Positions 40,838 to 54,604 of a stretch of 64,000 nucleotides of DNA are shown here, in pieces. Both the position numbers and the translations under genes were made by a program. The notes below the pieces were generated by a model that was given only the letters and a program-made list of their open reading frames with translations, was not told the DNA's origin and did no database searches. Source of the stretch: Octopus vulgaris (Eukaryota); assembly GCA_951406725.2 (NCBI GenBank), contig OX597827.1, positions 41,664,001-41,728,000 of the forward strand, written 5' to 3'. The first letter of the stretch is position 1. Each line of letters starts with the position of its first letter.

Positions 40838-42028
40838 CAACAACAACATCACTGTCAATAACCGCGGTCCATCGAAGAAGACCCGACGCTATCAATCAAG
40901 CTGTTAGAAATAGCAGCCAAATTTCCCTCAAACTTAACCCCTCACTATAAAAAAGAACAAAAGCAAAACAAACAAACAAACAAAAAAAACACAAAACAAA
41001 ACTGTCCCGTGTTCCCTGTTCGTAGGACAAAGACGGGATAGTCGCAACTGGAAGGCCTTTAATCAATCATATGTCTGCTAGATCAGGTTCTACCAAGGGT
41101 TAAATAACAGCAGCAACAACAAGCAAACCAAGGAGCACCTGTGGGTGTTCGTTGCATTTGGCAAAAATAGAAGCGAAAACTCCCTCAAATCAGACCATAG
41201 TGTCATAAAAAAAGGGAAGAATATATTACATTAATGTCCCATTTATTTCTAAAACGGACGGGATGCTCATGGATAGCGCGCTTCAGATCATAACGCAGTC
41301 ATATTTCTCCCTGGGACTTAACAACAATGATGTCAACATCATTCTTAAGACTGAGCCAACCATAGAATTTGTATGTGGTGGTCACCCAGTTTGCTAGAAA
41401 TGGCAGCGAAATAATACTCTGCGTTTTAAATAAGGGAAGGGACACATCGGACGGTTTAGTCGTAGATGTTTTACGCTTTAGAAATAGAAGGGGATGGTCA
41501 CGGCTGGAGTGTCTTCGGTCTTAGGCCTGCTCAGCACTGTCACAAACAACACACCGAGACAGCATTATCGACGTCATCGTCACCAGCATCACTTTCACTT
41601 TCAGAAACATCACCATCATCGCTATCACAGCGATCATCATCATCATCATAAACATCACCACCACTACCACAACCATAATAACAACAACAACAGCAACCAC
41701 TATCATCAATGCCGTTACCGCCACCAACACAACTACGACGACAACCACCACCACCACCAATACCACCACCACCACCACCAATACCACCACCACCACCACC
41801 ACCGCCACCACCACCACCACCACCACCACCACCACCACCACCACCACCACCACCACCACCACCACCACCACCACCGCCACCACCACCACCACCACCACCA
41901 CCACCACCACCAGCAACAACAACAACAACAACCAGAATAACAACAACCGCACCACCACCGCTATCACTGCCCGCTCTCCAATCATCATTATCATCATCAC
42001 CATCATCATCACTACCACCACCACCATC

Positions 42029-42073
<45 letters not shown>

Positions 42074-42120
42074 GTCATCATCATCATCCTCATTATCGCC
42101 ATCAACATTATCGCCATCGC

Positions 42121-42161
<41 letters not shown>

Positions 42162-43500
42162 GCTCCACCACCGCTAAGGTCACCACCACCACCATCATTG
42201 TCATCATTTTCACTATCACCTCCACCACCATCACCCACTCCCCCGCGCTGTCACCTCTACCACATTCATTCCCCATCCATCCCTCATCGCCACCGCCCCT
42301 ACCGTTACCACCACCACCACCACCACCACCACCACCACCACAACCACCACCACACCCACCACCATACACCACCACCACCACCACCACCACCACCACCACC
42401 ACCACCATACACCTTCGCCGCCACAGCCACCGCCACCAACCGCCACAGAATCTCCTCCATCCCTCCTGCATCACCGTCACACCATCATCGTCTCACAATT
42501 ACTGTGAAATATGACAAAAATATGCGTAAACAGAACGAAAGATAGAGCTGCTGCCATGTTACCGTTGCTGCTGTTGCTGCCGCCGTTGCTGCCGCCGTTG
42601 CTGCCGCCGCTGCTGCCGCTGAAGTTGTTGTTGTTGCTGGCGTTGTTGTTTACGTTGTTGATATTATTCCTGTCGTCGGCGTCGTGGCTGTCGTTGTCGC
42701 TGCTCTTGTTGTTCTTGTTGCTGTTGTTGTTGCCGATGCTGTTGTTGTTGCTGGCGTTGTTGTTGTTGTCGTTGTTGCTTTTGTTGTTGTTTGTGATTGT
42801 TGTTGTTGTTGTTCTTGCTGCTGTTGTTGTTTTTGTTGTTGTTGTTGTTGTTGTTGCTCTTGCTGCTGTTGTTGTTCTTGCTGCTGCTGCTTTTGTTGTT
42901 CATGCTGCTGTCATTGTTGTTGTTGTTGTTGTTCCTGCTGCTGCTGCTGTTGTTGTTCCTGCTATTGTTATTGTTGTTGTTGTTCCTGCTATTGTCATTG
43001 TTGTTGTTCCTGCTGCTGCTGCTGTTGTTGTTGTTGTTGTTCCTGCTTCTGTTGCTGTTGTTGTTGTTCCTGCTTCTGTTGCTGTTGTTGTTGTTCCTGC
43101 TACTGTTGCTGTTGTTATTCTTCTTGCTACTTCTGTTGTTGTTGTTGGTGTTCTTGCTGTTGTTGTTGTTGTTGTCGCTCCCGCTGTTTGGTTCGGTGCT
43201 GTCGTTATTGCTGCTGTTGTTAATCTTATTGCTGCTGTTGTTGCTGCTGCTGCTACTCTTAATATCATAGTTGCTGCCGTTTCTTTTGACAGCACTGTGG
43301 TACATGCTACTGTTGTTGGTGATGATTTTGCTGCTGCTAATGGTGATGTCGCTGATTCTACGACTATTGTTATTTTTGTCGTTATTGACATTATCGCTGC
43401 TGTTGTTGTTGTTATTGCTGTTGTTACTGTTGCTGCTGTTGATGATGATGTAGCCACTGGCTCCGTTGCTGCTGTATGATAATTGGCGCTTCTGCTGCTG
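39395..43500. repeat. Large block of triplet repeats: (ACT)n, (ACC)n, (ATC)n, (GTT/GCT)n
   Basis: Directly visible; interrupted by three family D copies at 40870-41540. Confidence 0.9.
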
Positions 43501-43506
43501 TTGCTA

Positions 43507-44468
43507 ATATAACTGTTACGGAGTTCAAATTCCACCGATGTCGACTTTGCCTTTCATCCTGTCGGGGTCGATAATACGAATACCAGTAAAATACGAGGGT
43601 CGATGTAATCATCTTAGCCCCTCCCTCGAAATTACCGGCCTTGTGCCAAAATTTTAAATCGATATAACTGCTACAGGGTTCAAATTCCATCCACGGTCCA
43701 CTTTGCCTGTCATCCTTTCGGGGATTGATAAAATAAGTACCAGTAAAATACGAGGGGTCGATTTTATCGTCTTAACCCCTCCCTCGAAATTGCCGGCCTT
43801 CTGCCAAAATATAAAATCGATATAACTGCTACCGGGCTCAAATTACGTCCACGGTCGACTTTGCCTGTCATCCTTTCGGGGACCGATAAAATAAGTACCA
43901 GTAAAATACGAGGGGTCGATTTTATCGTCTTAACCCCTCCCTCGAAATTGCCGGCCTTGTGCCAAAATTTAAAATCGATATAACTGCTACCGGGTTCAAA
44001 TTCCGTCCACGGTCGACTTTGCCTTTCATCCTTTCGGGGGTCGTTAAAATAAGTACCAGTAAAATACTGAGGTCGATTTAATCGTCTTACACCCCCTCCC
44101 TCGAAATTACCGGCCTTGTGCCAACATTTGAAATCGATATAACTACTACCGGGTTCAAATTCCGTACACGGTCCGCTTTGCCTTTCATCCTTTCGGGGGT
44201 CGATAAAATATGTTCCAGTAAAATACGAGGGGTCGATTTCATCGTCTTAACCCCTCACTCAAAATTGCCGGCCTTGTGCCAACATTTTAAATCGATATAA
44301 CTGCCACGGGGTTCAAATTCCGTCCACGGTCCACTTTGCCTTTCATCCTTTCGGGGATCGATAAAATAAGTACCCGTAAAATAAGGAGGTCATTTCATCG
44401 TCTTAATCCCCTCCCTCCCTCGAAATTGCTGGCCTTGTGCCGAAATAAAAAAAAGCATATAACTGCTA
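43507..44468 (+). repeat. Tandem array of six ~158-bp SINE-B-derived units
   Basis: B-box-like g(a/g)gttcaaatt at 43521, 43676, 43834, 43992, 44151 and 44309, each followed by gactttgcctttcatcctttcgggg... Confidence 0.9.
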
Positions 44469-44487
44469 GTGTTGATGCGGTTGTTAT

Positions 44488-44526
<39 letters not shown>

Positions 44527-45220
44527 CTCTATTGTCGTTGTCGTTGTTGTTGCTACTGCTGCCGTTTCTGCTGTCTTTTGATGTTAATGGTGCCGCTGCT
44601 ATTGCTGCTGTTGTCGTTGTTGCTGCTGCTACTGCTGCTGCTGTTCTTGCTATTGTTGTTGCTAATGCTGCTGTTGTGCATAGTTTAAATATCGAGGTGA
44701 AGTGTTGTTTGCTTCTTCTGTAAAAATGAGGTCACCAGCAGAAAACAAACAAGAACGACTCTTAAACGTGGTTGCAACGACCAGCTAGAAACAGCAGTCC
44801 GAAACTGCTTCTTATAAACTGCAGCGTCTCGTCTTCTCACCGAAGACAATGGATTCTGTTACTCAAGGTAGAGACTATGCTTGGAATGTGGTGATAGCAT
44901 GAATGCCTTGGTCATTGGTCCTCGGAAAAACAAAAGAAAAAAAGGAGAAAAAGATAACGCACCGGCGTGGCTGTGTGGTAAATAGTCTGCTTCCCAACCA
45001 CATAGTTCCGGGTTCAGTCCCATTGCGGGGCATCTTGGGCAACTATCTTCTACTATAGCCTCGAGCAGCCCAAAGCCTTGTGCATGGATTTGGTAGATGG
45101 AAGCCGATAGAAACCCGTCGTATGTGTATATATACGTATACATACATACATACATACATACATACATACATACATACACACACACACACTCACAAACACA
45201 CACATATAAATATATATAAT

Positions 45221-45505
45221 GCAGTTCTATATTTAAGAGATGAGGAATTATGTACATATTTACATTATTTACATTTGAAGGATATTTGTCCTCATCTTGT
45301 TTGTTGTTAACACAACGTTTCGGCTGATATACCTTCCAGCCTTCATCAGGTGTCTTGGGAAAATTTCGAACCTGGGCTTTCATTCTTCTTCTTCTTCTTC
45401 TTCTTCTTCTTCTTCTTCTTCTTCTTCTTCTTCAGGTCACTGCTTGGAATCGAACTCGGAAACTTGGGGTTAGTTGCCCGCGCTCTTAACCATTTTGCCT
45501 TGCCC
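45221..45505 (-). mobile_element. tRNA-headed unit + (GAA)n + hammerhead-containing tail (left arm)
   Basis: Reverse complement matches the right arm 45507-45936. Confidence 0.75.
45310..45353 (-). ncRNA. Minimal type I hammerhead ribozyme motif
   Basis: Reverse complement ACAC-CTGATGA-A-GGCTG-gaaggtatat-CAGCC-GAAAC-GT-T-GTGT. Confidence 0.8.
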
Positions 45506-45506
45506 A

Positions 45507-45936
<430 letters not shown>

Positions 45937-46129
45937 TTGTCCCTCACCACCGCTTGATAACCGGTGCTGGTGTGTTCACGTCCCCGTTATTTAGCAAGAA
46001 AAAGAAAAAAATATATATAAGTAAGTACTGGGATCGATTTATTCGACTATAAATTCTCGAAGTCGGTGCCCCAGCATGGCCGCAGTCTAATGGCTGTAAC
46101 AAGTAAATAGGTAAGAGGTAAAAATGTAA

Positions 46130-46740
46130 GAACAACCACGACAACAACAACAATAGCAACCACAACCACAACAACATCAACATCAACAACCACAACAACA
46201 GCCACAACCACAACCACAACCACAACAATAACCATAACAACAGCAACAACAACAACTACAACAACAATAGCAACAACCATAACAATAACCACAACAACCG
46301 CAACAACAACAACCACAAGAACATCAACAACCACCACAACAACAACTACCACAACAATAGCAACAACCATAACAATAACCACAACAACCACAACAACAAC
46401 AACCACAGCATCAACGACAACAACCACAACTACAACCACAACAACATCAACATCAACAACCACAACAACCGCAACAACAACAACCACAACATCAACAACC
46501 ACCACAACAACAGCAACAACAACAACCACAACAACAGCAACAACAACAACCACAACAACAACCACAACAACAACCACAACAACAACCACAACAACAACTA
46601 CAACAACAATAGCAACAACCATAACAATAACTACAACAACCGCAACAACAACAACCACAACAACCACAGCATCAACGACAACAACCACAACCACAACAAC
46701 ATCAACAACAGTCACCACAACAACAACAACAACAGCAAAA
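46130..46740. repeat. Degenerate (AAC/ACC)n array
   Basis: Directly visible. Confidence 0.9.
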
Positions 46741-46827
46741 GTCATAAACCAACAGCGAAAGTAATAACAACAACAAGATTTACGATCGCAACGGCAGAAA
46801 CATCAATAAAAAATAAGTTAAAAAACC

Positions 46828-47137
46828 AGCACTCCGTTGGTTACGACGACGAGCTGTACCGGTTGATCCGATCAACGGAATAGCCTGCTCGTGAAATTAA
46901 CATGCAAGTGGCTGAGCACCCCTCAGACACGCGTAGCCCTTAACGTAGTTCTCAAAGAAATTCAGCGTGACACGGAGTGTAACAAAGCTGGCTCTTTTGA
47001 ATTACTGGTACAGCTGTGTGAACTGGAGCAAGGTGAAGCAAAGTGTCTTGCTCAAGGACACAACGCGCAGCATAGGAGCGAACTCGCCAGCATAGGATCG
47101 TGAGCTGGATAGCCCTAAACACTAAGCCACGCGCCTT
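46828..47137 (-). mobile_element. SINE family C variant
   Basis: Matches 6855-7176. Confidence 0.8.
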
Positions 47138-47459
47138 CACTACAACGATAATAAAAATAGCGATGACAACGATAACAACAACAACGGCGTTAACTGCAAC
47201 AAGAACAGTAAATACAAAATAAACCACAACAGCAGCAGCAACAACATCAGCAATAATAAAGAATAGCAACAGAAGCAACGACAGTAGCATCACCACTACC
47301 ACCGCCGCCAGCGACCATCACCACCACCGTCGCTGCCGCTACCACCAGCCTAACCGCCGCCGCCACCACTACCTCCGCCACCACCATCATCAGCATCAAC
47401 GGCAACAATTACCTACGACATCAACAACCATGATATCAATAACCAACAACAACGGCAAG

Positions 47460-47493
<34 letters not shown>

Positions 47494-47740
47494 GAGAGAG
47501 GAGAGAAACGGAGAGAAAGAGAGGGAAACAGAGAGAGAGAGGGATAGAAACAGAGAGAGTGAAAGAGAGGGAGAGAAACAGAGAGAGAGAGGGAGAGAGA
47601 AACAGAGAGAGAGAGGGAGAGATAAACAGAGAGAGAGAGGGAGAGATAAACAGAGAGAGAGAGGGAGAGAGGAACAGAGAGAGAGGGAGAGAAAGAGAGA
47701 GAGAGAAAGAGAGAGAGAAAGAAACAGAGAGAGAGAGGGA
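47460..47740. repeat. (GA)n array with a higher-order ~24-bp unit
   Basis: Recurrent gagagggagaga(a/t)aaacagaga. Confidence 0.85.
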
Positions 47741-48791
47741 ACTACGTTGTGTAAGAAACGACAAAGAATTGACAGGGATTGCTGACCAAGGAGTTGAAAG
47801 GTCAACAGTTCAGCCCGTATCGTGTCATCTGTAGCGTTAAACTGTCACGTGAACCGGAAGTTAGTTTAAGCTCAGCTCTTCCTGTGGTGTTTTAGAGAAA
47901 CCCTATCAAGCGACCCAGTCCTTTTGAACCGCCTTCCTGTTACATCTGCGTTCTGAGTGTTGCTGTTGTTGTTGCTGCTGTTGATGATGTTGTTGCCGTG
48001 GTCCAGGCAATGGTTGTGGTCGTTGTCATCGTTGTCGTAATCGTGGTGGTGGTGGTGGTGGTGGTGTCCATGGTCATAGTCTTTCTAATCATCGTCTTAA
48101 TCGCTGTAGACGTCGCCATTGTAGTCTTCGTGCTCATCGCAATTGTAGTCGTAGTCGGTGTTTTCGTGTCGTCGTGTCATCTGTGGTCGTTGTCTTTGCC
48201 TTCACCAACGTCCTCACCGCCGTCATCGCCGTCGTGTTAACCGTCGTGTTCGCCGTCGTCCTCACCATCGGCATCAACAACGTCTTCGCTATCGTCCTCA
48301 CTATAGTCTTCGCTGCCGTCTTTGCCGCCGTGTTCGCCGTCGTGTTCGCCGTCGTGTTCGCCGTTGTCTTTGCCGTCGTGTTCGGCATCCTCTTCGCCGC
48401 CGTCGTCGAGTTCTCCGCCGTCGTGTTCGCCGTCGTATTCGCCGTCATGTTCGCCGTCGTGACCGTCGTCGTTTTCGCGTCGTCCTCGCCGCTGTCTTTG
48501 CCGTCGTCTTCGCCGTCGTCTTCGGCGTCGTTTTCGCCGCCGTCGTCACCATCGCGGCCGTAGTTACTGATGTCGTCATCGTCGTCGTCGTTATTGTCCT
48601 CGTCATCATCGTCGTCATCATCGTCATCGTCGTTGCCGACGTCTTCATCACCGTTAATATCGTCGTCGTCATCGCCGTCAACGTCATCATCGTTAACGCC
48701 GTCGTTCTCGTCGTCTTTGTCGTCACCATACTCGTCATCATAGTTGTCATCGTCGTTGTGGTTGCTGCTTTTTAACCCACTGATCAAGAAA

Positions 48792-48950
48792 GGAGTAGAT
48801 GTGTGGTAAGTAGCTTGCTTATCAACCACACGGTTCTGGGTTCATTTCCACTGCGTGGCACCTTGGGCAAGTGTCTTCTACTACAGCCTCGCGCTGATCA
48901 AAGCCTTGTGAGTAGATTTGGTAGACGGAAACTAAAAAGAAGCCCGTGTA

Positions 48951-49006
<56 letters not shown>

Positions 49007-49227
49007 TGTGTGTGTATATGTTTGTGTGTCTGTGTTTATCCCTCCAACATCGCTTGACAACCGATGCTGGTGTGTTTACGTCCCCGTAACTTAGCGGTTC
49101 GGCAAAAGAGACCGATAGAATAAGTACTAGGCATACAAAGAATATTCCTAGGGGTGATTTCTTCGACTAAAGGCGGTGCTCCAGCATGGCCACAGTCAAA
49201 TGACTGAAACAAGTAAAAGAGTAAAGA
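48792..49227 (+). mobile_element. SINE family A copy (full length)
   Basis: Head, microsatellite and tail all present. Confidence 0.9.
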
Positions 49228-49492
49228 GAGACCAATAGCATTCGATTAAAAAGTGACCAACCCTATCTGATACTAAGATAACCCACGTGCCCTCCCCGCT
49301 TTTTTTAAAGACGGTGGAATACGCTTTGAGGGAAAATTGGCTGCTATTTCTGGCAGGGTTGAGCGATCATCGAGGAGCTTCCTTGCTGGCTTGTCTGAGA
49401 TTCTGGTTCTGTCGCAGGCAGCAGCTCCGTGATGGTTGAGAAGTGCCCAGCACTATATTTCACGATAATCTTATCTGGAACAAGTACCACTA

Positions 49493-49641
<149 letters not shown>

Positions 49642-49951
49642 CTTATTAACAAAGAGAACCCCCTATTAATCACAAGGCAATGAAGGAACCTTTAAACAGT
49701 CGTCTATCCTACAAGAAATAACAGCTAAATCTTATCTTCTCCAGGCCTCACTCTGTTATTTTAAAAATTGATATGCTGGATAATGTAGTTTGGGGTACAC
49801 TGTTGCCAAAAAGTACAATGGACGAAATAGTCATCAACAGAAACCAAGCAAGCAAGCAAACAGCCAAAAAATAAGGGCTCAGGGGTCAATTTGTTTGACT
49901 ACGCTCATCAAGACGGCGCCCCAGCATGGCCGCAGTTGAATGATTGAAAAG

Positions 49952-49988
<37 letters not shown>

Positions 49989-50139
49989 CGTATATTGTGT
50001 TCTTTATAACTGTGTCAATTTATTTATACATATACACGCGTTATATATACAAATACATGTAAACGTTTATGTAAATGTGTATCAAGCACGAATTTATATA
50101 TAAACAGACATTCATAAACAAAGGTATACAAAAACAGTA

Positions 50140-50180
<41 letters not shown>

Positions 50181-50185
50181 GTCTG

Positions 50186-50236
<51 letters not shown>

Positions 50237-50287
50237 GTCTGTCTCTCTGTCTGTCTGTCTCTGTCTCTCTCTCTCTGAATATAAATT

Positions 50288-50492
50288 CCTTTACTCGTTT
50301 CTGTCATTTGACTGCAGCCATGCTGGAGCACCGCCTTAAAGGTTTTTCGTTGAAGAAATCGACCCCAGGACTTACTCTCTGTAAGCCTTGCTCTTATTGC
50401 ATTTGTTTCTTTAAGCCGAATCCCTAAGTTACGGGGACGTAAACCCGCCAACATCAGTTGTCAAGCGATGGTGGTAGTTTGACGGAAACACA

Positions 50493-50539
<47 letters not shown>

Positions 50540-50700
50540 GACGGGCTATTTTCAGTTTCCGGCTACCAAATCCACTCACAAGGCTTTGGTCGGCCCGATG
50601 CTGTAGTAGAAGACATTTGCCCAAGGTGCCTCTCAGTGGGACTGACCTCGGAACCATGTGGTTGGGAAGCAAGTTTCTTACCACACAGCCACGCCTGCGC
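50288..50700 (-). mobile_element. SINE family A copy
   Basis: Family blocks in reverse orientation. Confidence 0.85.
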
Positions 50701-50737
50701 TTATATGTGTATATATATATATACACATTGTATGTTC

Positions 50738-51455
50738 TGCTTCATAAATAATATGGATCTCATACATAATGTGACAGTGATACCGACGGTACTCTCGGAT
50801 CACAGTATGGTAGATCTGACCATGTACAGACCAAAGGAAACCATGGACGTGCAGCCTCCAAGAAACTCTCGAAATGATGGACCGCTGGAGGACATTTGTC
50901 CTAAACCGTTTTGAGGCAATCCAACGAAGTTACACGAAGAAGATAGACTCTATGCAGCATAAAAGCTATTGGGAAGAACTCAAGCAATTGAGACTTTATT
51001 CCCAGGAGCGTAGGTGGGAAAGATATGCCGTAATATAAATCTAGAAGATTCTAGAGGGACTTGTCCCAAACTTTGGCATTGAGGGTTACTAACGTCAGAC
51101 CAGGGCGCCACTGCAAAGACTCCAACTACACCATCAAAATATAGGACAAGATATTGCAATAGCTTGGACTTTAAAGGTCCATAGCTCTTCAATATCCCCC
51201 CAAAGGACCTGAGAGACCTACATGGGGTGGATGTAGATGTCTTCAAAACATAACTAGATCTCTTACTGTCAAGAGTTCTAGATGAACCAATAGGAAGTGC
51301 AAATGAGGGTAGAGGAGTCAAACTCCCTCATTCACCAAATGTCAAGTTCTAAAAAGATTTAGTGAAGTAAAAATTATGTAGCAACACCAAATGGCGGTGC
51401 CCCAGCATGGTCACAGATCGTGAGCTGAAACTAGTTTAACTCAATTCAATTCAAT
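50738..51455 (+). pseudogene. Internally deleted CR1/L2-group LINE remnant (end of AP endonuclease fused to the post-RT C terminus and 3' UTR)
   Basis: CFINNMDLIHNVTVIPTVLSDH; EAIQRSYTKKIDSMQHKSYWEELKQLRLYSQERRWERY..*KILEGLVPN; FKGP*LFNIPP...VDVFKT*LDLLLSRVLDEP; ends in (TCAAT)n. Confidence 0.8.
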
Positions 51456-51495
51456 GCACATACATACATATATAGATAAATAAATAAATAAATAA

Positions 51496-51554
<59 letters not shown>

Positions 51555-51701
51555 AGTAAGCACATAAATGCGAAACAAGCTCGGAAAAATAGTACTCGAA
51601 TACCAGAGGCAGAATAATATGCAGAAATATCACAAAAACTGTTACTCAGAGTTTCACGTTCCCGTGATGTTTTTGCTGCTTTTTTTAAATAATACATACA
51701 T

Positions 51702-51805
<104 letters not shown>

Positions 51806-52086
51806 ATGTGTGTATACAGAGAGAGACAGAGAGAGAGAGAGACAGAGAGGGAGAGAGAGAGAGGGAGAGAGAGAGAGATCTAGTTTAAGGCTGGAGCAGG
51901 CTGGGATTTTAGTAGATATCTGGATAAGAAGTCACATTTTTGTACCCAATTAAATCATTCGCGCATCAAATATAATCTCGCAAGCGCGCACACGCGGAAA
52001 CGTGTGCGCGTGCAACCATATATGGTGAAGAGCACGAGCGGAAAACAAACAGACAATCTCAGACCAAAAGTCTCTATTCACACACG

Positions 52087-52143
<57 letters not shown>

Positions 52144-52844
52144 TAGCACATTCACACATACACACATATACAAATACACACACATCCACACACAGCTGGA
52201 CACATACACACTAAGCTGTACACACACTTAAATGTACGTAAACACACAGATGTACACACTCACACAGAAGTACACACACACAGGTGTACATACACACATA
52301 GCGATGTGCATACACATACATACACAAACATATGCACACACACACAAATACACACACACACACCACACACACACACGCCACACACACACACACACACACA
52401 CAAACACAAACACATGTGAAAGAACGAGTTATCTCGCATAGTTTCAAGGAGGAAGAAGGAACAAAAATAATAATTAAAAAAATGAAACAAAAAAAAAAAA
52501 TAAACACGAGTTCCTTATCTACTGTTAAAGGAAGGTCACGGGTGGAAAGGAACGGTGATCAACAGCTGTTTTTGTAAGGAACGTAGTAGAAGCAAACCTT
52601 AAGGAACAGGCTTTGGCAAGGCGCGTGTTCACGGCAATTCGTGCGTGTTAATAAAAACATTAATTAGTGCGGGAGATCGTGGCAGTATCGTTAGGGGCAC
52701 TGGGAGAAAGTAAATTAATTGCCCTGTTCACTCACATCTTTTTACAGTCTGGATTTCAAATCCCGCCAAGGTCGATCTTGTGTTTGTTGTTTTCTTATCG
52801 ACTTCCGGTGCACGTAGAAATATAGTACCATTCAAATACTGAGT

Positions 52845-53259
52845 CTTACTCTTTTACTCTTTTACTTGTTTCAGTCATTTGACTGCGGCCATGCCGAAGC
52901 ACCGCCTTTAGTCGAGCAAATCGACCCCAGGACTTATTCTTTGTAAGCCCAGTACTTATTCTATCGGTCTCTTTTGCCGAACCGCTAAGTGACAGGGTCG
53001 TAAACACACCAGCATCGGTTGTCAAGCAATGCTAGGGGGACAAACACAGACGCACAAACATATACACACACACTTATATATATATACATATATACGACAG
53101 GCTTCTTTCAGTTTCCGTCTACCAAATCCACTCACAAGGCATTGGTCGGCCCGGGGCTATAGTAGAAGACACTTGCCCAAGATGCCACGCAGTGGGACTG
53201 AACCCGGAACCATGTGGCTGGTTAGCAAGCTACTTACCACACAGCCACTCCTGCGCCTA
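52845..53259 (-). mobile_element. SINE family A copy (full length) nested in an old SINE-B-like copy (52672-53322)
   Basis: Close to family consensus; host SINE halves lie on both sides. Confidence 0.85.
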
Positions 53260-53497
53260 TAATCGATATAATCGACCAAATACTTCCCCCGAAAATTGCT
53301 GGCCTCGTGCCAAAATTTGAAACTGTGCTTTGTATGGCAGTAACATTTCGTTTTGGTGATTATTTTCGTTAAAAGACCGCCTCCTTCAAGTCTTCCACGG
53401 GTCCCTTTATCCCATTTTACCGATGTTATAAGATTAGATTTGTTTTAGTATGGAGAGCCAGGTGTAACACATCCATCTTGTTATTCAGCGCGGTGCC

Positions 53498-53940
53498 TTC
53501 TTCTTCTTCTCCTTCTTCTTCTTCTTCTTCTTCTTCTTCTTCTTCTTCTTCTTCTTCTTCTTCCCTCCTCCTCCTCTTCTTCTTCTTCTCCCTCCTCCTC
53601 CTTCTTCTTCTTCATCATCTTTTTCTTCTTCTTCATCATCTTTTCTTCTTCTTCTTCTTCTTCTTCTTCTTCTTCTTCTTCTTCTTCTTCTTCTTCTTCT
53701 TCTTCTTCTTCTTCTTCTTCTTCTTCTTCTTCTTCTTCTTCTTTTTCTTCTTCTTCTTCTTCTTCTTCTTCTTCTTCTCCTCCTCCTCCTCCTCCTCCTT
53801 CTGCTCCTGCTCCTCCTGCTCCTGCTCCTCCTTCTCCTTCTCCTTCTCCTTCTTCTCCTTCTCCTTCTTCTTCTTCTTCTTCTTCTTCTTCTTCTTCTTC
53901 TTCTTCTTCTTCTTCTTCTTCAGGTCACTGCTTGGAATCT
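53498..53940. repeat. (TTC)n/(TCC)n tract ending in caggtcactgcttggaatc
   Basis: Same junction as 45384-45452. Confidence 0.9.
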
Positions 53941-54356
53941 TATTATTATGAGCTGCTGGCCGAATCGTTACCGCGCTGGACAAAATGCTTAACGCCATTT
54001 CTTCCGGCTTTACGTTTTGCGTTCAAATGCTTTTGCCTTTCATGTTGTGGAGTTCACGAAATAAAACCAGTTACATACTGGGGTCGATGTAATCGATTTT
54101 CCTCTCCCGCAAAAAATTCATTGCTCTAGGGCCGATAAAATACGAACTAGTCCAGAACTGGCAGCATATATGTGATTACAAAGGATTCCCATGATATGAG
54201 GCTTTCCAGCCACAGGATTCTGGGTTCAGTTCCTTGGGCAAGTGTCTTTTATACTATAGCCTCTCGGGCTAACTTAATCCTTATGTGTGGATTTGATATA
54301 GTGGATTTGGTAGACGGATTTGAAAGAAGCTTCTTGTGGTATACATAAATATACCT

Positions 54357-54586
54357 ATTTCTTTATTACCCACAAGGGGCTAAACACAGAGGGGACAAAC
54401 AAGGACAGACGTAGGTATTAAGTCGATTACATCGACCCCAGTGCGTAACTGGTACTTAATTTATTGACCCCGAAAGGATGAAAGGCAAAGTCAACCTCGG
54501 CGGAATTCGAACTCATAACGTAACGCAGACGAAATACCGCAAAGCATTTCGCCCGGCGTGCTAACGTTTCTGCCAGCTCGCCGCGT
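54357..54586 (-). mobile_element. SINE family B copy with 18-bp TSD
   Basis: GTATACATAAATATACCT at 54339-54356 and 54587-54604. Confidence 0.9.
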
Positions 54587-54604
54587 GTATACATAAATAT
54601 ACCT

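Noticed and set aside
39285-43535. Long poly-T/H/P/V/L/C ORFs of up to 322 aa that look like mucin, membrane or metallothionein proteins
   Set aside because: Triplet repeats are open in most frames on both strands, with no domain or splice evidence
51636-51668. Minus-strand GAAAC-TC-T-GA-GT-A-ACAG, the 3' half of a hammerhead-like motif
   Set aside because: The CUGANGA half is absent; at most a truncated pLTR relic
53478-53998. Poly-F and poly-K ORFs
   Set aside because: They come from the (TTC)n microsatellite
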